This document shows, in pieces, positions 14,031 through 28,482 of a DNA stretch of 64,000 nt (the first letter of the stretch is position 1; each line of letters opens with the position of its first letter). This DNA is from Octopus sinensis (taxonomy: Eukaryota). The position numbers and the translations under genes are program-made. The stretch lies in NCBI RefSeq assembly GCF_006345805.1, contig NC_043015.1, positions 3,782,001 to 3,846,000 of the forward strand, written 5' to 3'. Under the pieces are notes generated by a model that did no database searches, was not told the DNA's origin, and worked only from the letters and a program-made list of their open reading frames with translations.

Positions 14031-14067
14031 TATATATATATATACATACACATATGCATACACACAG

Positions 14068-14124
<57 letters not shown>

Positions 14125-14487
14125 TAATATATATTATATATATATATGTATATATATATGTATGTATGTATGTATGTATTTATGTATTTACGTATGTATG
14201 TATGTATGTATGTTTATACAAAATAACAAAACAGAATCCCGGAAATATCTTGGAATCTGCCTTTTTAGAAGAAAAACTTTATAAATTTGTATGTTTTGAT
14301 ACGCTATTACTGTGCAAAAAGTATACTCCATTACTTTCAAGTATTTCCTAATGTTTCCAAGTCTAATATGAAACATTAAAAAAATCACATTTACTTTGAA
14401 GTATTGGAATATGCAAATATACTTAAGGAGGTCAGAGCTCCAATAATTCCACTCCCTGCACTATATGTATATATTTGTATATATATA

Positions 14488-14915
14488 GGCGTAGGAGTGG
14501 CTGTGGTAAGTAGCTTCCTTACGAACCAAATGGTTCCGGGTTCAGTCCCACTGCGTGGCACCATGGGTAAGTGTCTTCTACTATAGCCTCGGGCCGACCA
14601 AAGCCTTGTGAGTGGATTTGGTAGACGGAAACTGAAAGAAGCCCGTCGTATATATATGTATATATATATATATATATATGTGTGTGTGCGTGTTTGTCTG
14701 TGTTTGTTCCCCCAACATCGCTTGACAACCGATGCTGGTGTGTTTGTGTTTACGTCCCCGTAACATTAGCGGTTCGGCAAAAAAGGGACCGATAAAATAA
14801 GTACTATGCTTACAAAGAATAAGTCGTGGGGTCGATTTGATCGACGAAAAGCTGTGCTCCAGCATGGCCACAGTCACATGACTGAAACAAATAAATGAGT
14901 AAAAGAGTAAAGAGT
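14488..14915 (+). mobile_element. tRNA-derived SINE, family A (internal microsatellite, LINE-like tail)
   Basis: GGCGTAGGAGTGGCTG.GGTAAG..GGTTCAGTCCC head, CCTTGGGCAAGT-like (CORE-like) segment, internal (TA)/(TG) tract, and CAGCATGGCCACAGTC..GACTGAAAC..(AAAGAGT)n tail. Homologous to 16842 and 50934. Confidence 0.9.
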
Positions 14916-14919
14916 ATAT

Positions 14920-14954
<35 letters not shown>

Positions 14955-15482
14955 TCACACTAAAAGACATACTTACATACATGCAAATACCTATATACTT
15001 GAAAATATAGCCAAGGACACACGTATGGTTTACTATCCAATTCAAGTCCCAGATCCAAAATAGGTAATGTTCCAGGCATTTTATTAGTATAGTATATGGA
15101 AACATTATTGATGCCTTCTTCCTTTACAAAAGCTGAACTAAGATTCAAATTTCAACATTTGGTTCCCAAAAAAATACTTGCCACAAGAAATGTGCTGAAC
15201 CTCCCGTTCAGGAATCGATGAAGCGAGTGAAAACTCCAGTTTTTACCATCTAAAATATGAGAGGTCAATGGGCTCCAAGACAATCAATATGGGTATGCAC
15301 ATTGGTAGCAAATACAACCATAAATGTACGTACGTACTCATACAAATACACACACTCACTCACTCGCACCCACATGCACTCACAAGCATAAATGCATCCG
15401 CACACATACTCGATCGAGGGCGAACACACACATATATGTATACACAACACACACTAACATATACATATAAGATTCTAGATAC

Positions 15483-15547
<65 letters not shown>

Positions 15548-15549
<2 letters not shown>

Positions 15550-16412
15550 AGGTGTTGCAAAATATTTGATATCATCTTGCAATGTAATATATTTTCATTA
15601 TTTCTAGTTCAAACGATTTCCAATTTTAAAAGCAATGTGTAGAAACAGGTTAAAATTTTATGTTAAATGTTCGATATGTTTATCTTTTCGGGTATACAAA
15701 TGACATTCACTGCAAGAGAAAAGGCGTTTTGTGTGTTGGCTTATGGTCCAACGCAGTCGAACAAGACTGCGCGGCGTGCATTTGTGAGAGAGTTCTCTAA
15801 AAAGTCACCAACATCAATGCAGATTTGGACATGGCACAACGGATTCAACGAAGCAGGATGTTTTCTGCAGGGCAAAAAATCTGGATGACCACTAATATCT
15901 GAAGAGACGGTCGTGCTGGTTCGCTAAAATCTCTTACGAACCCCAGAAAGTCGTAAGAAGAAAATGTCTGCAAACTCATATTCCTCCGACGAAAGATTGG
16001 CAGGTTTTGAGGAAACTCTTACTAATGAAACCCTACAAGCTGCAGTTTGTTCCTGCCAAAACGTCAGATAACAAGCCAAAGCGCACACATGGGTCTATGA
16101 GAAGGGCCTTGTCTATATCCCACCTCTTCTTGCCAACCTAGATTAACTCGAATAGTGTATCATTACCGCACTGGAAACTGCTACCAAAGACATGCTGCAG
16201 CGTGTTTGGGAGGACTTGACGTATGCCGGGTTTCAGGCGGTGCGCATTTGTGAAATCATTCATGGAATTCATATTCCTTTGAATTTCCCATTCAAATTTA
16301 GAGAAATAAATCTTATATTGCCCATCATTAAGCCTGTTTAATTAGCTTTGACTGTATAGTTTCTGTGATATTTACATCTCAAATAATATCAAGATTTTTG
16401 AAATAAACTGAA
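15548..16412 (+). mobile_element. Internally deleted Tc1/mariner-superfamily transposon (DUF4817-type HTH N-terminus)
   Basis: EKAFCVLAY...RRAFVREFSKKSPTSMQIWTWHNGFNEAGCF..KKSG matches the N-terminus. ITALETATKDMLQRVWE..GAH matches the C-terminus. The catalytic core is missing and only degenerate TIR-like ends remain. Confidence 0.7.
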
Positions 16413-16589
16413 TATATATACATGTGTGTGAGTATGTGTGTATGTGTGTATGTTTGTGTGTCTATAGGCACATAAGTAAGTGTGTGTGTGCGTGCGTCTG
16501 GCTAGGGGTATGTATGTATAAATTTATATGTATGTATATATGTATGTATGTACGTATGTCTACATGTGTTTGTCTTTCTGCCTGTGTCC

Positions 16590-16765
16590 ATCTGCTATTC
16601 ACCGCTTGACAACCAGCCGTGGTGCATTCACATGGCCGTACTCTTAACCATTGTATCAAAGGGAACAATAAAATTAGTATAGGGCGTAAAAATATTATCT
16701 CAGGTCGATTTAGTCGACTAAAATTGCGAGGCGATGCCGTCATCATGTTCACAGTTAAATAAGAA
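16590..16765 (+). mobile_element. Degenerate 3' half of SINE family A
   Basis: CGCTTGACAACC..GGTCGATTTAGTCGACTAAA..GGCGATGCC..CATG..CACAGT aligns with the family A tail. Confidence 0.6.
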
Positions 16766-16841
16766 GAATATCAAAAGAAATGTGAATACCGTGTGCTTCT
16801 GTATATGTACATATGTATGCATGTTTGTATTTATGTATGTA

Positions 16842-17192
16842 GGCGTAGGAGTGGCTGTGTGGTAAGTAGCTTGCTAACCAACCGCATGGTTACGGGTTCA
16901 GTCCCACTGCGTGGCATCTTAGGTAAGTGTATTCTGCTATAGCCCCGGGCCGACCAATGCATTGTGAGTGGATTTGGTATATGTGTGTTTTTCCCCCCTA
17001 GCATTGCTTGACAACCGATGCTGGTGTGTTTACGTCCCCGTCACTTAGCGGTTCGGAAAAAGAGACCGATAGAATAAGTACTGGGTTTACAAAGAATAAG
17101 TCCCGGGGTCGATTTGCTCGACTAAAGGCGGTGCTCCAGCATGGCCGCAGTCAACTTACTGAAACAAGTAAAAGAGTAAAGAGTAGAAGAGT
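16842..17192 (+). mobile_element. tRNA-derived SINE, family A (internal deletion)
   Basis: Head and tail highly similar to 14488 and 50934; the segment preceding the internal microsatellite is missing. Confidence 0.9.
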
Positions 17193-17824
17193 ATGTATGA
17201 CGTATTCATGCGTGCAGGTATGTATGCATTCATGCAGGTATGTATACATGTATACATTACAATGTTTGAGTAACAGTTCAGATTTTCAGTAAGTTTGTTA
17301 CGATTTGGCATTGGATAAGGAGCAGAAAACATAAATAAATTTTGCCCGTTTGAAATGACAGAGAAATATTTAAAGTAGGCTTTCAAACAATATACATTGA
17401 GACTTCAAGCCTGACAGCTTCATACGAATAATCTACAAACTCTAACATTTAGAGCGCATCTCAATCCAACAGACTTCACCCTCTAACCAGTTGCGAACAT
17501 GACAGGATCGGATACAATCTACTTCCAGATACAGATTCTGTTGAAATGCTACACTTCAAGTGCTACAATGATGTACGTCTGAGAATACTAAAAATTCAGT
17601 TCTGTTAAGCTAAGTGAAAATTATGTCAGAATTTTTGAACAAGGACAAAATATCGTAAGAGATTTATTCTTTTCTTCGTTAACCTCATTGTGTATATTGA
17701 CGTATATCTGAATGTATAGATATGGATGCATATTCACGTGTGGGTGTGTATAGGTTTATCTATATTCCAACCGGCCTCTCTGTTTTCCTCTGTATATATC
17801 TTACTATCTATCTATGTACGTATG

Positions 17825-17863
<39 letters not shown>

Positions 17864-18109
17864 TTATCTGTCTATCTCTCCATCTATATATATCTGTGTA
17901 TCTTTCTATCTATCCATCTATCTATTTATCGATCTATCTGTCTATCTATTTATCTATCTATCTAGCCATCCATCTATTTATATCAATATCACTATCTATA
18001 TCTATATCTATCTTTCTATCTATCGATCTAATTATATATATATATATAGATATATATTATATATATATATTATATATTATATATATATATATACATATAT
18101 ACATACATA

Positions 18110-18164
<55 letters not shown>

Positions 18165-18760
18165 TTAAATATTATATATGTATACGTACATACTACATAC
18201 ATATATACCTGTAATTGTGTGACTCCACATATTGAGGTCTTTTGAAAGAAGCGATATCTTGTTTCATAAAATGCAAACACATTCCAACATAACAAGCATC
18301 CATTCATCTCCATAGGTCAGTACTAATGTAATTATAACTTATTCAATGTTTAACGTTTTATCAGCTTTCGTGATGTTTACTATGCCTAGTTTTATTTGAC
18401 TTACTGAAATGAATTATGCCTTATATACTTTTCCTCCTAAAATATTATATATATATATATATAGTATATATATACATGTATATATATAATATATATATAT
18501 ATATATCTATATATATATATATACTATATATATATATATATAGATATAGATATATATATATAATATATATATATATATACATATATACATACATATATAT
18601 GTATATATATATATATATAATATATATATATATACATATATACACATATATACTTATATACATATAAGTATGCATATATCTATATATATATATATACATA
18701 TGTATACATATATATATTATATATTATATATATAATATATATATAGATAGCTAGATACGT

Positions 18761-18828
<68 letters not shown>

Positions 18829-19929
18829 ATATGCAAATATTTCTACGTAAACTCAAAAACATGCACGCACTGGTATATATTTGTGATCGTGAATATTTAC
18901 TTGCGTGTCTCTGTATATACAAATTGCTGTCTGTATATGTCTTGCACCGAGTATGTGTATGTGGCTACATTGATATATGTACACACGTTGAAATATTAGC
19001 CAGAAGGCTTTGAATCATTCAGCATGGAAAATATAATCAGCATCTTCTATAAGGTAAATGCAAATGTTGGATTTGTTATAAATATGAACAGCAAAATTTC
19101 GGTTACAAATAAATTTATGCAGACGTATATTTTCCGATCAAAGGGAAAACTGCAAATTTTAGTGTTTAACTCATGTATTATGTATTATTCTATCTCTACA
19201 TGCTTTTTGTGTACATTATGGGTTATATGACATGTTGAAAAACTAAAACAGAAAGTGTGTTACGCTGCATTAGATAGAATTTTCCATTTATATCTACCCA
19301 ATATATCACTGTGACAGGAGTGCTCAGCAGGTGAGTGCCTTCACGTATAATATATTTGTGTCGTACTATACATATACACACGCACATAGATACAGACACA
19401 TACGCGCACATGTACACAGTGTTGCATCGACACCCAGACGATCAAGTAGGTTAGCTCAATACGTAGATATAGAGGGAGAAGTCTAGACGTCGGGGAGCTG
19501 AGTAGAGGTCATCCGAACTTGCTATATAACATGGGGGATGAAAGTTTTATAGCTCGCACAGTCCCTGTGTAGTATTGCGATATAACACACACACGCGCAC
19601 ACAAACAAATATATATATATATATAGATATATATATATATATATAATATATATATATAATATATATATATATATATTACACACCACACATCTGTATATAT
19701 GAGCAGGTGGACAAAAGAAAGGCAGTCAATAAATATACTGAGAGTTACATGTAATACTGAAAATAGTATCGGATTCCGTATGGTGGAATATCCGAGCGAA
19801 CGGAGATGTACAGAAAGTCCAAGAACGGTTGCGTGATTTCAAAGCGTCTAGTATTCTTTGGTAAGCGACAGCAGTTATATGGTAAAAACATGAGTTAAGC
19901 TACATTCTCGAGTCATGTCAACTCATAAG

Positions 19930-20137
19930 GGCTATTTTCCGGTTTCATGGCCTTTATACACCCCACGAAGACGGGACACCAACCTGTCTAATGATTACTC
20001 ATCTTCACCAGCTGAGTGGACTGGAGCAACGGGAAATGAAGTGTTTTGCTGAAGAACACAACGCGTTGCCCTGTCCAGGAATCGAAACACTAGCGAACGG
20101 TCATCAGTGCAACATCTTAACGTCTACGCCATGCGCC
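19930..20137 (-). mobile_element. tRNA-derived SINE, family D (CORE-like), degenerate
   Basis: Reverse complement aligns with 29632-29881 (GTTTCGATTCCTGGAC..TGTGTTCTT.AGCAAAACACTTCATTTC..CCAGTCCACTCAGCTGG). Confidence 0.7.
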
Positions 20138-20618
20138 CCAACAGCATTTACAAGGAAAAAGACAATTTCTTTGTGCATGGAGTTGGACAGGAAATTAGTG
20201 GTGGCACTGCGTTTGGGTGTGAATCAGTAGGGATTGCGGGCATATGTGCCTCCGTAGAGATTTGGTTGCTCGTGTGGGTGTGTGTATGCATGTGTATGAG
20301 TGGATATATGTATACGTTCACACATGTTGGTTTGTATATTACTGTGTGTCTGTATGTGTGTGTTTGTGTGCGTTTAGGTGCATGAGTGTATATATATATA
20401 TATAACATATGTGCGTGCGCATGTGCGGGTATTTGCATGTGAATGTGTGTGTGGCCGCGTGCCTGTGTGCGTATGTGTGTTTATGCATGTGTATATATTC
20501 AAATATGAATTAGAATCAGGTCGTGGTATATAATGAAAATGGAACGCACATAGTAATTGATATATTGAGATATCTTCGTAATTCATAGGCGCCTGATGTT
20601 GTAGACGATAACATATAT

Positions 20619-20689
<71 letters not shown>

Positions 20690-21038
20690 TAATATATATA
20701 TGTGTGTGTGTATGTGTGTGTGTGGTGTGTGTGTTTGTGAGCATGTGCGTGTGTATGTATAAATAATAATAATAATAATGATAATGTTAGGGAATATGAT
20801 TCCAAACTTACAGGGGAAAATTAAATCTAGTAATACTAAATCAAATTTCCAAATATATACTACATGTATATATTTCAACATATAATACATGTAATTATAT
20901 AGTATTTATTTATTATTTAGTAGTCTATTTAGTTCTAGGTAAATGTTTTATCGTACATTATTTTAATTTTATTCTATATGGTATGATTAATGTATATCAC
21001 TGTTGAATAACTTAATTATGCTTCTTCTCTAATATATG

Positions 21039-21122
<84 letters not shown>

Positions 21123-22469
21123 CCGATGAATATGTTTAGTAATTGGATTGCCGAGAGGCTGGGGCGGTGTGGTGGTGCCCTTCAATTATTGCTTCGAAAG
21201 CACCACCCTCTCTACCCAGATTTCGTTTTTTTTATTTTGTTCTTTTAATTCCTGGTACTTATTCCTTGAATGCCTTTCGTGGCGTTGCTGCAGATGACGC
21301 GACACCGACTGAAGCAATCGCGTGCGAAACACAAAATCACACACACAGTATCATAGTTATACACTCATACACACTTTTGCACTGAGATATCTCACCCACT
21401 CGCTCACACTCGCACACACATACATATATCTCTTTTTTGGTCGTGTGTTTACGCATCTATTTCGCCTAACATATTCCATTACATGGCACTTCCAAGCCCG
21501 CGGTTTTTTGTGGAACTCACTTGCCTTTTGTGCCATGCATAGGAAATGAGCCTAAAGTCATGTTGCTGCAAAGTGAATTACATAATAACGCAGACATTTC
21601 TAAATATTGTGTCTATCTAAATAACTATATATATACATTTACACTTAGGTTTTTACAAATATATTGATTGATACATAGATTCATACTTACAATCATACAA
21701 ACATACACATATTTATATAAAAATAGGTTGCTGTTTTTGCATATATGAACATATGTCTTCTCCTGAGTGATTTCGTTTCTGTTATTTCAAATTCTATCTT
21801 CTCAATGCGTATTTCTGACTTAATACTTAATTTATTAATTTCATAAACAATCTATCCGCTTCATTTTGAATTTCTTTCATGGAAAAACAAGCAGATCAAT
21901 CCAGCTTGCATCCGTTTCCTTTTACTAATCTAAAATTATTTTCTTCCACTAATTGAACTTATTTTGTTATAATACCAGATGTTTCGAATATATAGGTATA
22001 TAAGCATAAGTAATCTAAATTGCTTCCATTGATTACTCCCAAACATTTGTTTAAAATTTGTTTAAATATGTTCGCTAATTATATTTATTAAGATAAATGC
22101 AAAAGAACATCGTGAGTACGTGAATTAGATCTTTTAAAAAATTCAAAGGAATGACGATGTTTTTTTTTTCTTTTCTTTGAAATACACCATTTCAAATAAT
22201 GACATTTATAATTATTACTGATTCCACCGAAAGTTTACGAAATCAGAATGATTAAATTCATCTTCACGTGAATACAGCACTTTGCAACCCTGATATTTCG
22301 TTCATATGTACATCAGTGGCCATCACTGTTTGCTTTTATTAAATAATGTCATCAAATAAATACATTGACGGAACTATGTCTCATCATCTTCTATGCAATT
22401 ATACAAACAGTGCAATTCATTTGCATACCTAATCATTCCCATTTTTAATTGAACTCAGAATATGTTTTT

Positions 22470-23330
22470 TTTTCACATAGATCGCAGATTGGACTTGCAC
22501 TCTTTCAAAGTACAGTATTTTCCCCTAAGTCTTGTGGGTTGCAGTATTCGTTTTTAGTTTCATCTGATCATTCGTTTTCTTCTCTAACCACACGGTACAC
22601 TTTCGAACAGCTTCTGAGCCATTTCGTTGTCCCTATTGCGGTACTTGGGTACCTAAATGTTGGTTCATTGACGCTGGGACAGATATCTATGGAGCAACAA
22701 CCACTGCCTTCATTGTGCAATGTTAGCCATACTATTTTAGTTCTCTCAAAAGTTCATCGTTTGTTCTCATCTTAAAATGATGTTGTTTCTCTGCTCGGCA
22801 CTCAAAAAGTACTGTCAGCAGAACCCGGTTAATTGTGGCACCTGATTTCTACCATGTAAAAATATCTTGTTCTTGCTTTTTCACACGTATCAAATTTAGA
22901 TATCTTTTGTGAAAGTCTAGGAGGTCTGCATACTTTTCACTTTCCTCGTCAAGAGAGAGGAAATTTTGTCCACGCAAGGCGTCATGTCTAAGGATCATGT
23001 TTGCACCAAACCAGTTACCTTACCATTCCTTTACAGATTAAGATATGTCTAAATAAGTACGCAGTCCATTGTTCGTGGGTTTTGCATGCACAGTGGATAA
23101 CACAGATCCTCCTTGTTGTCTGCTTCACGGAGATGTCCATCGATGGAATCAGGTCATATGCAGTTCGTATGATGAAACTCAAACTAAATAATGCCATAAT
23201 TCATACATCACTCCTTGGAATGCTATGTGGATAATGGCATGAATAATTACTCTCGAATTATTCATCCCAGTTTGTAAATTGCCCTTCTTTAGAATTCTGC
23301 ACCGATTTTGTGTTCGTTATTTTGTCCACT
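22470..23330 (-). mobile_element. Heavily decayed non-LTR retrotransposon (RTE-like RT and C-terminal region)
   Basis: Scattered minus-strand peptides in the expected order: QGGSVLST (RT motif B-like), ILRHDAL / LLDFHKRYLNLIRVKK, RTNDELLRELK, QKLFESVPCG*RRKR. Many stops; recognised by eye only. Confidence 0.4.
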
Positions 23331-23719
23331 TCTTACCTTACTTTAAGAATTAGCAACTCTTTGAACTTAGTGGATGGAATAAAGACCTGAATGCCGGTAT
23401 TACCGTTTTAAATTTGTCTATATGGAATCAATGGAATCTACTAACATTACTCTGTTTGTGCCTGGTCATTTCCTCCAGCGCTGAGTAAATCCATTAATAT
23501 GTTTGGGGAGAAGCTTTTCTTAAGCTTGACTTGTAACGTTTAAGAACTCTTTTATGTCAGTCTTCAACATAGGGTGCACTATTATTCTTCAGCAATTTTC
23601 AAAAATGACAACTTCAGGTTCATTTCTTGACATTTTCTCGCTTATTTATTGGTCTTCGCTTCCATTGCCTCAGTTGTGTTCATTCAAATTTCGTATATGA
23701 GTACAGATCTGAGCAACAT

Positions 23720-23774
<55 letters not shown>

Positions 23775-24129
23775 ATAAAACTATGTTGGTGACACCTTGC
23801 TTTATATTACTTCAGTAACGTGCAGCGGTGAATGTAACTGATCGAACTTTTTGGACCTGTTTAGTTTAGATCATATCGGGACTTCACCCCAGATCTTTCC
23901 CAGTTGTCCTACTAAAATTATTCGTACACCACACACTTCGAAGACGATTACTTCAATCACCTACACCTTCTGCGAGAAGCATGGAGAGCGTCGGAGAATG
24001 AAAGAAGAGAGTCAAAGTGAGCGGGAGAGAGCGAGATAGAGAATTCTAAAATTTCGTATTGAAAGTCATTTTGCAACTGTTGAGTAAATCATCCAACTTA
24101 GGGAGCAAATTTTAAGTCTCTAATTGTTT

Positions 24130-24400
24130 GAGTACCAGGAGAGCAGTGTCACTGAATACCTGTAGGGGTGGCATTTTACATGCCCTGCCAATCCAAGCAT
24201 ACTTGTCTTGCTTACTGCAGCTCTGGAGAAGCACCTGCATCACTAAAATAGAGAGTATTAATAACACTAAGCATCATGTTGTGCTGAATGACTTCTCAGA
24301 TCATGCTCCTGACAACCAGCTACTCAAAAGATACTGACCTTCTGAAAGATCGTATTCATGTACTCTCTAGTAAGAGGAGCGTTAATTTTGATGCTATCAC
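24130..24400 (-). mobile_element. Possible LINE C-terminal remnant
   Basis: Minus-strand KTSMLGLAGHVKCHP resembles the RLRLAGH..RH motif of LINE ORF2 C-termini; weak. Confidence 0.25.
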
Positions 24401-25495
24401 AGCGAAGTATATATATTTTTCCTTATTCAAGAAAGAGAGAGCGGTGTATTTGCATCTTACAAGGGAAATACGGCGAGATACATATATTCTAACCTCGCGA
24501 AAATTGTTAACTTCCTTTTTGGGAACTATCAAAATTCATGATACTTTATTATGATCCTTAATGTCGGTCGGTATTAGAAATAGAAAACGTTAATGTCACA
24601 AAAAATTTGTTATTAGGCTTATAATAAATATTGATTATAGAATTGTTTGAATTGTTACAATGTTTAGGATGCTTCTTTGAACATATATCTTCATTGACTT
24701 CAGGATAAAGACTTGGAGTCAATTTATTAGGGCGGAAATCTTACTGAGGTATTCTAGTCCCATTCAATATATTTAAAATATGCAGTTAAAAAACAAAAAC
24801 GACTTCAACTTAGGACAGAATAAATACTTTGTTTACCCGACATCATATGGCACATATGACATATCTATGGAGTTATCTTCCTAACAAGTTAATATATAAT
24901 TAGCTTATGGTCACCTGACCAAAATTCGTAAATGGCAGAAGAGTTTTTCATTTTCATGTCGTTCATATCTAAAGTAAATTTAAAGTGTATGTAACACCAG
25001 GTATTATAAATATGCGTAATAAATCAGCATTTCATTTTGTAACGTAACATTGACATCATTTTCCGACATATTACATTCGAAATTCATACCAGGGCATACA
25101 TGTGCAATCATAAAAAAACAATTGCCAATTTTTTTCCAAATACTTGGCTCTAAAGATTATCGATCCTTCTCCATTAAAATCGGTTGCATTTACTACCAAG
25201 TATGTGCTCGATTGGCTTTGGAAGCGTGGAACATTTTAATAGAGCAACATTTTTATTGGATACTTTTAAATATACATTTAACAATAGTATTTGAAATATG
25301 AAAAATTACGTTAAGAAATCCAGTAACCAAATTCATTGAAAGAGACTTCAATATTTCACTCGTCGATATGCTAACAAAAACTAAACATAAAGAGAAGCTG
25401 ATATTGTTAATCTCATTTCATTCGTTCCTTGAAATTATACATATTCAGAATCATTTCAACACGTGTATAAATATATGAATATATGTGTATGTATC

Positions 25496-25544
<49 letters not shown>

Positions 25545-25581
25545 ACAGACATACACATACACAGACACACGCACACACGCG

Positions 25582-25634
<53 letters not shown>

Positions 25635-25749
25635 GGAAAATGTGTAAAATAAAATTTTATATATATATATATATGTATATATATGTATATATATATATAT
25701 ATATATATTTATTTTACACATTTTCCAAGTAACTATTCTTTGTACTCTA

Positions 25750-26790
25750 ATCATATATTTTTGCTCGCAGGGAACTTCCACGATTCATCACTTTAACTTT
25801 TTAGAATTGATCGCGAAAGACGCCGAGTATCGGTGTTTACAAGACAAAATTACATCTGCGAATCTACTTAGTAACGAGGATTGCGAAGGCTGAGAATGGT
25901 TTTATACTTAGTTTACACATAATTTGCTTTTGAGGTTCATAATTTAGAATTCGAATTGGAGAAATGAGTTTACGCGTTTACTTTATTAACGCTTGAAAGT
26001 AAGTCTACAGCTGATGTATACTCTAGCGTGGTGAAATCTTGGTGTTATAACACAGCACTTATAGACTACATTCTTACGTAGACTGAATCATCCAAGAGGA
26101 CATAATTGAGAAAACCGACGTTTGCAACTTTTCCTACCTGCACCGTTTTTGGAATTTCCTATTAGGGAGGATGAAGTCCGTTGGCCCATTATTAGTTAGG
26201 AAAACCCCCAAATGCACTCTGTATTAGTATTCGCCTGGAGTAAATATTGCCGCTAGTATATGTTGTCGCGTTGGTAGAATTGTGGGAAGATGTCTTCACT
26301 CTGGTATTAATTAGTTCGTTGTGGTTACTCGAGATTGTATTGTTGCTAATAGGTGGGTTAATTTGGGATGAACTGTGAGAGTTAGGCTATTCTAAGAATT
26401 GGTGTTGAAGTCTGCGTCTGTTGAAGGAGTTGATTATGGATTCAAAATTAAGTGTGGTTTAGTAGTGGATTTTCACAGATGATTTATTAAAGATAGAGTA
26501 GTATTTATACTGTGGTTGGAAAATGAATTCTTGGATTTTAGGTAGAAATTCAACTTGGGGAATGAAAGGCGGTACGAACAATCAAACGTTCCGCTTCCCA
26601 CCCGAGGATTCCTTAGAGTGTGTCGTTGTAGAGGGTGGATCAGGAGAGTAAGGATTGTAGTTGTGTTTGTGTAAAGAAGTTTATTCCTGCGCAGGAAAAG
26701 AATTAGAAGAATTTGGTTTGTAGTTTGAAAATATATTTGAATCTGAAAGGCGTTTTGTCGTTTTCAAATATATTTATATACGCATCAACC
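25750..26790 (-). mobile_element. Decayed Penelope-like element, Naiad-like linker + GIY-YIG
   Basis: Minus strand, in order: YKYYSIFNKSSVKIHY*TTLNFESIINSFNRRRL (cf. HKIFNRNTVKVSYSC..NI..II..HN), SCKRRFSQLCPLG*FSLRKNVVYKCCV..RVYISCRLTFKR (cf. CxC..CPLxGxCL..VVYKA..YIG..FK.R), RRCNFVL, VMNRGSSLRAK. Confidence 0.7.
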
Positions 26791-26840
26791 TACTGTCGAA
26801 TTGTTTTTGCTTATCAACGGTACAAATATATATATATATA

Positions 26841-26884
<44 letters not shown>

Positions 26885-26899
26885 ATATATATGTATCAA

Positions 26900-27420
26900 T
26901 GTATTTATATAAAATAATGTCTGTTCTGTGTGCCTGTGTGAGTGTGTGTCTTTTAATATCTCATGCATCCTCATCCGATTGCGCTCAAACTTGACATGTA
27001 GATACCGACGGTATCAGGGCGTATGTAGGTCTTGAAAAGCGGTGACAACGTGCATTTGTACGCGCAAGTAAATCAGCTCCTGTGATCGATACTACACGTA
27101 CGCGAGAAAAATGCACATGACGATTGCGCAAAAAATGTCAGCTGGCTTGAAATAATGCCAAAAAAATCCAATATATTTAAGACATCAAAAAATTAAGATG
27201 CGAAAGAGATATATTCTTCAAACTTGGCATGAAGGAAGGAAAGATTATTTGGTGTCTCCAGAAGCTTTTTTTTTTGCCTTACCTTCGTTTAACAAATCCG
27301 AAAATTTTATTGAATTAAAGGCATGCTTATTTATTTTTTAAGGAAAAGAAAACACCGATTGCTTTTTATATATATATGGGGATTTAGGAGAATTAAAATT
27401 TTATTAAGTATAAATTGCAC
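26900..27420 (+). mobile_element. Putative non-autonomous Helitron/DINE-1-like element
   Basis: Starts TATATAAAATAATGTCTG..(GTGT)n..AATATCTC..CCGATTGCGCTCAAACTTGACATG, with a second CAAACTTGGCATG and a perfect hairpin GATACCG-A-CGGTATC (27001-27015). The layout resembles rolling-circle non-autonomous elements. Confidence 0.4.
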
Positions 27421-27483
27421 TTTATTAAACCATCAAGTATATGTATATATATACATATACATATACACATATATGCATATATG

Positions 27484-27533
<50 letters not shown>

Positions 27534-27564
27534 AAAATATGTACAAATGCACATACGTGTGCAA

Positions 27565-27650
<86 letters not shown>

Positions 27651-27689
27651 ATATATATACATATATGTCTATGTGTGTGTGTGTATATA

Positions 27690-27895
27690 CAGGAGTTGGA
27701 CAAAATAATGGAAACACCTTAAAATTTCAAACAAATTTATTTAAATATGGGGTAGGACCGATTTGCCAGTAATTACAGCTTGAATGCTTCGATGTACAAA
27801 GTTTGAATTGTTTCCAAACGTATTGCTGTCCATTATTCAGCTGAAAGAGGCTCCAGTTCTTGTAGAGATGATGCTGGAGGATATTGACACCTTAA
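27690..27895 (-). mobile_element. 3' end of a Tc1 transposon (TIR + transposase C-terminus, inverted)
   Basis: TA|CAGGAGTTGGACAAAATAATGGAAACAC TIR followed by the reverse complement of ..IGPTPY (Tc1 GGPTPY end). Confidence 0.65.
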
Positions 27896-27926
27896 TTGAT
27901 TTTTTCTAAAACACACACACACACAT

Positions 27927-27957
<31 letters not shown>

Positions 27958-28482
27958 GTGTATTTTCTAAAGATTTTGTCGCCCGCTTTCACTTGCATGG
28001 CAAAGATCGGCTCTAAGATATTTACTATCGATTCTTTTAATTCTTCGTGTTGTAGACAAAGCAGTATCACTACATCTCTATGCAATCGTTATTGTTTTAG
28101 AATTGAAACGTCAGTGACAATAGATTTGATAAGATGAAAGAACGTTACATTTGAAAAATATGAGAGAAAAGTAGTTGGCGGATAGCAGACATAAAGTGAT
28201 ATAATGAAAATTATTGTGTGAGAGAATAACTACAAAGAATGAATTTGATTTTATCGATTTCATTAGTTACGTATATCATTGTCGTGGCTTCACAATTGCC
28301 TCCGTTTTAGTGTCTAACACTAATTGCAGCATTCCAGAAAATTCAAATTCAATTCCCGGAAGGATATTCAGATGGTAACGTTTTTAATGATATATATATT
28401 ATATATATATAGATATATATATATATATATTATTATATATATATAGATATATATATATTACATATATACATATATACATATA

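Noticed and set aside
20045-20090. CTGAAGA...GAAAC hammerhead-like pair
   Set aside because: It is the antisense of SINE D: a point mutation in GCTCAAGAAC plus the reverse B-box. No stems I or III.
26085-26100. In-frame TGA in the Naiad-like fragment (CPLG*F) as possible selenocysteine, since some Naiads encode selenoproteins
   Set aside because: It aligns with the Gly of CPLxGxC (GGA>TGA), not a Cys, and the fragment has many other stops.
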